A DNA stretch of 58,061 nucleotides, counting the filler, from Sphacelaria rigidula (taxonomy: Eukaryota): NCBI GenBank assembly GCA_964200075.2. It is 8 parts of 8 records of this genome, joined end to end, with 100 filler letters (N's around TTAATTAATTAA, not from the genome) between each part and the next. Parts side by side here need not be neighbours in the genome. Positions count along the whole stretch, not along the records: positions 43,624 to 50,792 come from CAXNAA020016157.1; positions 50,893 to 58,061 come from CAXNAA020016158.1; 6 more parts are not named here. The stretch is one strand, 5' to 3'. Below the pieces are notes generated by a model. The model was given only the letters and a program-made list of their open reading frames with translations, searched no databases and was not told where the DNA came from. Made by a program: the position numbers and the translations under genes. Numbering within the stretch: position 1 is the stretch's first letter; every line of letters begins with the position of its first letter. This document shows positions 50,143 to 58,061 of the stretch, one piece after another.

Positions 50143-51252
50143 GTGAGACGTATTGCGTTGTTGTCGATGTTATTGCGGCTGCTGCTGCTGCTGCTGGTAG
50201 TTATGTACGCGTGCTATAAGTTGATTTCACCGTTATTCCATTTGGCATGAAGTTGATGACATGATTCATCATTTTTTCAGTGCTTCTTTTTTTGTTTTTT
50301 GTTTTTTGTTTTTAAACCCCAGACTGTACCGTAGTTCGTACGTGTATAATGTTTTTTTGTAATATTTCCATGTTGGCTCGCCCAGGGGACAATGCGTCGA
50401 CGTCCTCCTCTGTGTATGCGCGCCGGCAAACTCCTCCGAAACTTGAACGCCTCCATGCAAAAATCAAGATAAAAGAACCGAACTCCGTCAAACTGACGAG
50501 TCACCGAGGAGCATATTTTATCACATCGTTTTTAACGGAACTCAGACTTCGTCATTGTGTTCCCGTGTTTGGCTAACCGCGCTGACCACCCCACCCCCCC
50601 GCCCCTTCTCCGTCTCGAAAGGGATGCGTGGTCAATGGTCAAACGACTAAGGCAAGCAACAAATGAGTACTCCCCCCCACCCTTCTGCACTCGTCACACG
50701 GTTTGACACACATGAGGCAGTGTAAAAGCTGTGGCTGTCTCTGGAAGTGGCGATACCACAAAATAAAGCAACTCATTGTTGGCTTTCATCCGNNNNNNNN
50801 NNNNNNNNNNNNNNNNNNNNNNNNNNNNNNNNNNNNTTAATTAATTAANNNNNNNNNNNNNNNNNNNNNNNNNNNNNNNNNNNNNNNNNNNNGGTTAAAT
50901 CCGTTTCTGGGCTGGCCCAGCTTGTAGAGCATCCACTTTGAATCTGAATCTTCCCTCTGAATCTCACGAATATATATAGTGTTATCTAAACAACAGGGGA
51001 GGCTGCGACAGCTCCAAGAATCGCCGGCTATCTCTACATCAGATCAACGGGCCGTGAAATAACTCGCGCGAATGCAGGCATCGTTCTCGTGCAGCAATGA
51101 ACAAAAACCTTCTGCTCCCCACAAGAACCGGTGTGTCTTGTCGAGAAGATTTCTGACGAGATGAATCGCGGCACAGTACGATTTTCGACAAGTTCTTTGT
51201 TTTGCCCGGTTTGGCTTCAGCGAGCTGGCGCGCGTAGAAATTAGCCGTCTAA

Positions 51253-51661
51253 GGCCGTGTCTGAGCACTTCACTTCTCGATCGGAAAAGTGCGGTGAAAA
51301 ACAAATAAATAATATTCCGATCTGACAGATAGTGGTTGCAATCACGTTTTAAAATGAGATTCGACGGTTGAAATCACAACCTTTCAGGTTGGAGTTTTCC
51401 TTTTCCACCGCACGTTTTCGATCGAAAATAAATATGCTAAGGCCGTGTCTGAGCACATCAGTTTTCGATCGAAAACGTGCGGTGGAAAAAAAAACGAGTC
51501 CATTAGGCCGTGATTTCAACCGTCTTGAACATCACTGACGATGATTGAAATTACGACCTGTCAGATCGGGATTTCGTTTTCCACCGAACAATTTCGATCG
51601 AAAACTAGTATGCTAAGACACGCCCTACGACACGCCCCAAGACACGCCTCAAGGCACGCCC
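51253..51661. mobile_element. Nested Harbinger/PIF-like (Tourist-type) MITEs
   Basis: TAA|GGCCGTGTCTGAGCA at 51253 and again at 51441, right TIR TGCTAAGACACGCCC (51611-51625), and a TAA flank at 51662. Confidence 0.8.
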
Positions 51662-53507
51662 TAATAATCACGAACCAGCTCATTTGAATCCACGGATGCC
51701 GGCGTACCATATTTTTTGTCCGGTGTCATCTTTTCGTTAATACGCAGCTACTCCTACAGTGCAGATCTCACACCTTTCTTGGTCGAACGGCAAAGACCAA
51801 TCGTAACTCTTGGCACGAGACGTGAACATAATATAAAGCCTATTGTGAGCTCGTTTCATGTGGTCCACATTCCCCATCGCGTGGCAGTGGTTCAAATTTG
51901 GTATCGAAAGACGCAAAAACATTTGTGGGGATGTATGGGAAGACCAGGCGGTATAATGGGCGTTAATCTAGCGCATGCCAAACCTCTATAGACCACGATG
52001 GGCTTACAATAAATAGTGTGTGTACATACTAACACAAGAGGATTTCATTTCTCCGCCTTTTTTACATGAAAAACGTAATTGTGGAACGGCGCACTTGTAT
52101 GCCCGATATAAAGGCCTCTAGAATGACCGACCAAATTACTCTCTCTCTCTGCAGCATCTTCGTGGCTCAGCTATCGGCAGTGCGTACGTTGCTTACGCCT
52201 TAGTTCATCGACAAACCACCACCACCAGAAGAATACACCAAGGCCCGATGTGATTTTGTATACAGCGGACAGAATGGTACAGCGAAAAACGTGCCATTTT
52301 GAGAGCTTTTTGGTGTGAGAAATAAATGGAGTCTTTGCAACATCATATCAATAGTGTGTGTGGGGGGGGGTTCTTTACTCTCTTGACTGTTTTCTCCGAG
52401 CACCTACCTGCAGATGTACACCTGACTCGCTGTCCTTTTTCGAGCGGAAATTACGATGTTTACTGTACACTACAAACTTCGTGAACAACAGATAGATGGA
52501 CACGCGTGGATGATCGAAGCTTTAAAAAAGCACTGCAACTTGCTGGTCGTCTGGGAAAATGTACAATACAAAGCCATCCATTTTCCACTCTTTTCGTACC
52601 GATCAGAGTTGGGTGCGAGAGTGGTCCTACGGTACGGGTGCACATTGTTTGTCTGAGGCTCTGCACGTTGGAAGCTTGTCGACTACAAATAAATATCTGG
52701 GCCGCAGTTTACACCCTAAGAAACACGTGGTCTGAAAAGTGCACCCGCTATAGAATCAGGGCCTCTAATATCGACATGACAAAAAAATAGAAGTTTCGAA
52801 ATTCCGGGAGTCGCCTGACGGTCCGCAGGAGGGTCTGTTATTATGTAGATCTAGTCTAGTGGTGTTACTCTAAGGACGCGGTCCTCTCACGCATTACAGA
52901 AAGCCCCGTGCAAAGATTGTAGCATGCTTCCTGTCTGTCAGTTGTATGTGCAGATATACCCAATTGAATCACCAGCCGTAGACTCTTCGGACGGTGCGGT
53001 AGCGTACACTCAGAGCAGCACTGCAGGCAAGTAGGTAGCGACTCGATTATCTCTGCTGTTCACTTTGAAAGTGCGTATGTCTGCAAACGACCACCACCGT
53101 GCTTGACCCCAACACTTCCAAGACCGCTGCTGGGGCACACACCGTGCAAGGAGGTAGATACCGCCTTCTCGCGGTGCTTTTTACTCTACGACATAGCCCA
53201 GGGTGTCGCTAACAAGGTTCCTGATGAATCTCGAATGCTTGCGGAGTGTTGCGCTGCGGTCCGAAACGTTCCAAGTCCTGCCAATATATGAGTTTCAGAG
53301 AAACAATCTAGCCGCTTTTTTTTCGGAGAACTTTGAGCGCCAGACTCCTAAACTCTTGGAGATCTCCGACAAAAATGTGTCGATAATGAAGGCCCTCACT
53401 CGCGAGTGAATACTACATACAAGCAGCAGCAGTTACCAACCAATATCGGAAGACACCGAACTTTCCCATGGCTACTGCAGTGACATGTATGTGCCCGTTG
53501 GAAGCAG

Positions 53508-53508
<1 letters not shown>

Positions 53509-53580
<72 letters not shown>

Positions 53581-53586
53581 TGTGTA
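53509..53586. repeat. (GT)n microsatellite
   Basis: More than 30 consecutive GT units. Confidence 0.97.
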
Positions 53587-55875
53587 TGATGTCGACGTGC
53601 AGCAGCTTTTGATGCTGACACCTACGAAGGCGGCTTCAACGACATCCCGCACGAGGGCGTAGGTGGGATCAAGTGAGTATTATTGTTGCGACGAAGGGGT
53701 CTCTCTGGGGCGTCGCTTCGAACAGCACAAGCAACGAGCTCTTATACAACAGTAGGGAGTTCGTTGCATCGTGCGTTTGTTGGATCAAGGGGGCGAGATT
53801 ACTTGAACGAACGGTCGAAGAAGGGTCACGCGGTAACACATAATTCCACTTTGGTTTCCCATTTTGTTGCTCGATGGGGTCACGCTTGGGCAAGTGATCC
53901 CTCCTCAGCGTTGGATTGCTCGTGGTACTACTGCTGAAAGTGTCTTGAACACAAATATGTATTTCGGCTCGGGGCAAATTTACGCAAACAGACCAAGTAT
54001 GCATACAGTCGTGAGGTCGTCTGCGGCCTGAAGTCTCGGACTCTTAGTAGGGCGAAATATGGTATGATGCAATGTTTTGATTGAGACCGAGTGCTTGGAC
54101 TGCTTCTTCGCTCGAAGTAGACACTTCCATCGTTTTTGACCCTTACGGTGTGGCGCGGAGAATGTCAAAATAGGAAAAAAAACGACCGAGAAGACTTCAA
54201 GCAATTAGAGCAGATCTTCCTCTTGCCGCATGTTTGTGCTGCCTCCAAATTACCACAGAATCTCGAATTTGAGTACTGTAGTGATTCACTCGTCTCCATG
54301 AGACACGCGGCTTGACAATGGATGGTCTTATCGTCGCAACACGAGAAACTCTCGTGAGGCACCCGCCACGAGCAGACAGGGCGGAACGATAATTTCGGTA
54401 CGGACACACAATTAAGTAATCTTACGGAGCAAATACATAGTCTGTGCCGTTGACATCATACTTTCCTGTTTGCAGGGTGAGCCTCCCGCGTCAACATACT
54501 GACATCACGATCACACTTGAGGCCACGAATCGGAGGAGTCGATACGACCGGTAACACGACGTTGCAGACCATGATGCCCTCGTTCCCGCTCGTAACCCGA
54601 CAAAATGTATGGCGCATAGCAAGAAACGATGATTGCGCACTGGTCACGCTGGTACGCTGACCTCGTCGTCTGGAAAATGACGATTAAAAAATATATCAGG
54701 GGTATGCGTCCCAGTACCAATGGTAAACGTTGATAGTACACTGCAACAGTGGAAACTGCATGAGTAAGCTATACAGCAAAGTGACACTATACACCCACAC
54801 AGCTCTTACATCCGTTTTGCACCACGTATATATATATATATATATAGTGTAAAACATAGTGGTGCATGCGAATAGTGCGCCCTCAAAATAAACCAAACGG
54901 AAGAATATTTAAGCGACCACGTGGTACAAACGTTCCGAGGACGTTACTCTCAGCGTAACGATAGCAGGAGCGAAACAGCCATGGCACGCTCTATTGCCAA
55001 CATGGATACGGTGCAACACTGGGGATCCCACGGCGCAAACGTATCGTGATTATCGTGTTGAAAAATAAATAGTTGTGTGCGCTGTCAGTCAGTATACATA
55101 CGGTGAGAGTAAGGGGCTACAAGCGCCGAAATGCAACGTGCAACACAACAACGATGTTCGTTATTAGGTGCAGGATCGCTAGATCTCTAATAGGGCTGCC
55201 GAGCCCGTAAGATGAAAGCCATGCTCCACAAATGCGGTGAATTGCTTCCTTCCTTAGGGCAACATTTCGTGCAATCGAACGCCCATCTCCACCGTTACAT
55301 AGCTTTGTCCACCAAGCGGATCGAGTTCACCTCTGCGATCGACAGCACAGCAGCATGTGGACACTCTCCGTTACTCCTTCGAGGGGCGCCTTTTCAAAAT
55401 ATTTCGGCAGTGCAACATGCTAGTAAAGCAGCCCACTTCAGCGTGGGATGGCTCATGATGCCGGGTGCTGGTGCCAGACGTGTGCCGTATTTCGAAATAA
55501 ATACCGTAAAGTTCGCATTTCACCGCTGTTCACCACATTCCGCTACCCATGGACGCAAATTCGGTCACGGACAGACGACCATAGTAAGGACATACATTCA
55601 CGCACGCACGTGCGCGGCAAGGAAGAGGATGAATGTCAACGACTCGACCCCACATGTTAGGTAAAAGCAGCACATATGACAGCTTGGACTTTGTGTAATC
55701 GATGTGAGCTACGTGCGGAGGGCACTGTTGTACTCTGGACAGTGACTGGCACAGGCTCCAGAGTTGGACGATCATGTAGAGCCCATTCATTGGAGGAGAG
55801 GGATGTACATCTCCTTGCAACGACCAAAAAGCGAGAGATATTTTCGACAACGAAGTTGAACATCAAAATTATGTT

Positions 55876-56331
55876 TCACCCCAAAACAGTGCTTTTTCGG
55901 ACATGCAGTAAGTAATGACAAATGACTTTCATACGGACGACCTCATGCCCCCCGAACCCCCCGACACTATGTTTGGAGGTTTCCTGTTTTTCGTTTCCCC
56001 AAAGAGTATATATGCGGAAGAACCTCTTTGCCTCGATTTCGGGGACGCTTTTTAGCCGGGAAAGGATGCTTTCGGACACACCCTTCCGTGGAACAACAGA
56101 CGGGAAACCCCCGAAAACAGTTTCAGGGAGGTCGGGGCCATAAGGTCGTCCATATGTGATAGTTATTTGCCACGACTCCAGGTCAGGGAATGTACCGTTT
56201 TGGATCTGAAACGCATTTAAATGTTCGACCTCATTTTCGAAAACATTTGTTCGTAGATCTTCACCAAAACGTATGTGGATGTGGTTTGCCAAAGTTGGAC
56301 GCAAAAAGTATCCTAGTAGTCTATCAATCAT
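55876..56331 (-). pseudogene. Unidentified 151-aa ORF in a region of apparently decayed coding DNA
   Basis: Globular-looking composition (NVFENEVEHLNAFQIQNGTFPDLESWQITITYGRPYGPD...) but no motif I recognise, and neighbouring frames are broken by stops. Confidence 0.25.
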
Positions 56332-58061
56332 TTCGTCAACTACACAACAAAGCCGCCGTGGTCGGTCATCGTGCAGTTCTTCATTAACCTTTGTAGTGAA
56401 GATAATCCCGTTCGAACCTTTTCACCCAGGCGGAAATCGTCACAGCAGGCAGGGAAAGTTGCGTACGAGATTCACAACGCGAGGTGCATACACTGGCAAA
56501 GAAAAACGTTCATAAACTACTGCGTAGTGCTCATATGTCCAGCCCTGTCTGAGTGTGTGCAGATGGACACGTGAGTCTGTGACAGTCATGTCTCAAGCGG
56601 TCATGGTGCGTATTCGACAGATGAACGAACATGGTCAGTCAAAGGACTAAACCTATGCCCATGAAGCAGTCATTCGCAACGTGTATAAGGCCAACAACGC
56701 GAAAGTTCGTGACTTGATCTCCCTGTCCAACCGTTATTGCAATCAATGGAGGTACAAAGGTTTCCCCGAAGAGCTGGCCCTTGAGTGCGACCCTTAGGCG
56801 CTAGTCAGCTGAGGTAGTGGTTACGTTTGTAGTTTTCCGTGGTTCTCAGACCGTGACTTCCGCAAATAAATATTGTGAAACGGGACAAATGTTTCCCAAG
56901 TGTCCCCTGTTATCGGACAAAGGTTGGCCTTGGCACAGACGCCCACCGCGCAGACCCTCTGAGCGTCTAGGTGTGTTCGTCTGTGGACTCGGCATCATTT
57001 TGAGCTGGAAACGACAGTAGACACACGTGCCCATAATGCGTGGGCGAGTAAAGGATCAGGAGGCACGAAACATATCCTCGCAATTCTCATCGTTTTTGTG
57101 TACAGACGACTGCGTGCCGATGGACCGTCGAGAGTGCAAAGAGAGTTACCTTCGTCAGGGTCAATTTGCATCTAATTTCGTAGCTATGAGTTGAGGTAGC
57201 GCTCGGACGGTTCAGTCAAATATTGAGTAACTCCGAACGATTGAACAGACGGGGGTACGCCTGGAGGTTGTACATACATCTTCCTCCTCGCGCATATATT
57301 CGTGAGTGCGTCCTTTTCATGTCCGTCACGATCCAGTGGGGAGGTGGTACATCGCCCTATCCCCTCTTCTCTCCTCTAATTCCATCGTAAAGACAAATCA
57401 ATATGATGACCTTTCCACCCATTCCAGAAAACAGGTGAACAGATATGACTGTGCAAGGTGTTCCCTCAGCACATTCATCCTCGTCAAGTGTCTGTGCCTA
57501 CCCACGCACGTCGCGATGAGGACTGTTTGTGGTTGCGTAGTAGGGAACATCACACTCACCTGTACGCTGTATTCTTGGTGGAAGGTTGCAGCGGCACACG
57601 ACAGTAGCAATACTTGTAGTAGTGGTCGCAGTAGTAGTGCAGCAGCAGCAGCAGCAGTAGTAGCAGTGATCAATGTAGAACGAAAGTAGATGCTGGTAGT
57701 TGGGCCGCTGCGTAGTTGTGGTCGGGTGGGGATCGGTCATTTTCACAAACGATTTCTAAGGGGGCGGGGGATTATGGACATCTTCGAAAATTCGTGGTTG
57801 AGATTGTTCCGCCGGACTACGTCATTTCTGGCACATGTGTACCCGATTTAAAAAACTTACTCACTGTTGTCACACCCGACACATGTTCCTTTGTTCTTGT
57901 CTCCAACAGGAGATTCGACACTTTTCTAAGGCCGCTTCTTGAAGTGAACATCAAGAACTCTTGTTTAAACGCTTTTTTGCTCGTTCTTCGTTTTACGCCC
58001 TAAAAACAGCCAATCATCTATGTTGAGGATGGTGCTTTTGATTGAGGATGAGAACCCGGAG

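Noticed and set aside
50386..50413. Ninth exon of the 43998-50142 gene (GQCVDVLLC)
   Set aside because: The phase is compatible but the acceptor and donor are weak and the segment is too short to support without transcripts.

Overview
Eukaryotic, intron-rich and repeat-rich DNA. The gene structure and repeat content suggest a stramenopile, most likely a brown alga (inference). The window is not one locus. It is eight contigs of about 7.17 kb each (1-7171, 7272-14442, 14543-21713, 21814-28983, 29084-36253, 36354-43523, 43624-50792, 50893-58061), joined by an artificial 100-nt N-TTAATTAATTAA-N linker, so adjacency across linkers means nothing. Recognisable host genes: the 5' part of an organellar (probably mitochondrial) ribosomal protein bL28 gene with a GC-AG intron, the 5' part of an eIF4A DEAD-box helicase gene, and 8 phase-consistent exons of a large unidentified protein. 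The rest is mostly decayed mobile DNA: a Ty3/Gypsy LTR retrotransposon, an RTE-type LINE, a DIRS/Ngaro-type tyrosine-recombinase retrotransposon, a probable second LINE, tRNA-derived SINE heads, and piggyBac-like, Harbinger-like and foldback MITEs. I cannot support a clearly new biological system. The best leads are a short C-tailed retroposon family, an orphan spliced gene whose introns all carry (A)AACGTACC arrays, a compact-intron pseudogene with weak AlkB-like motifs, and a self-nesting Harbinger MITE.
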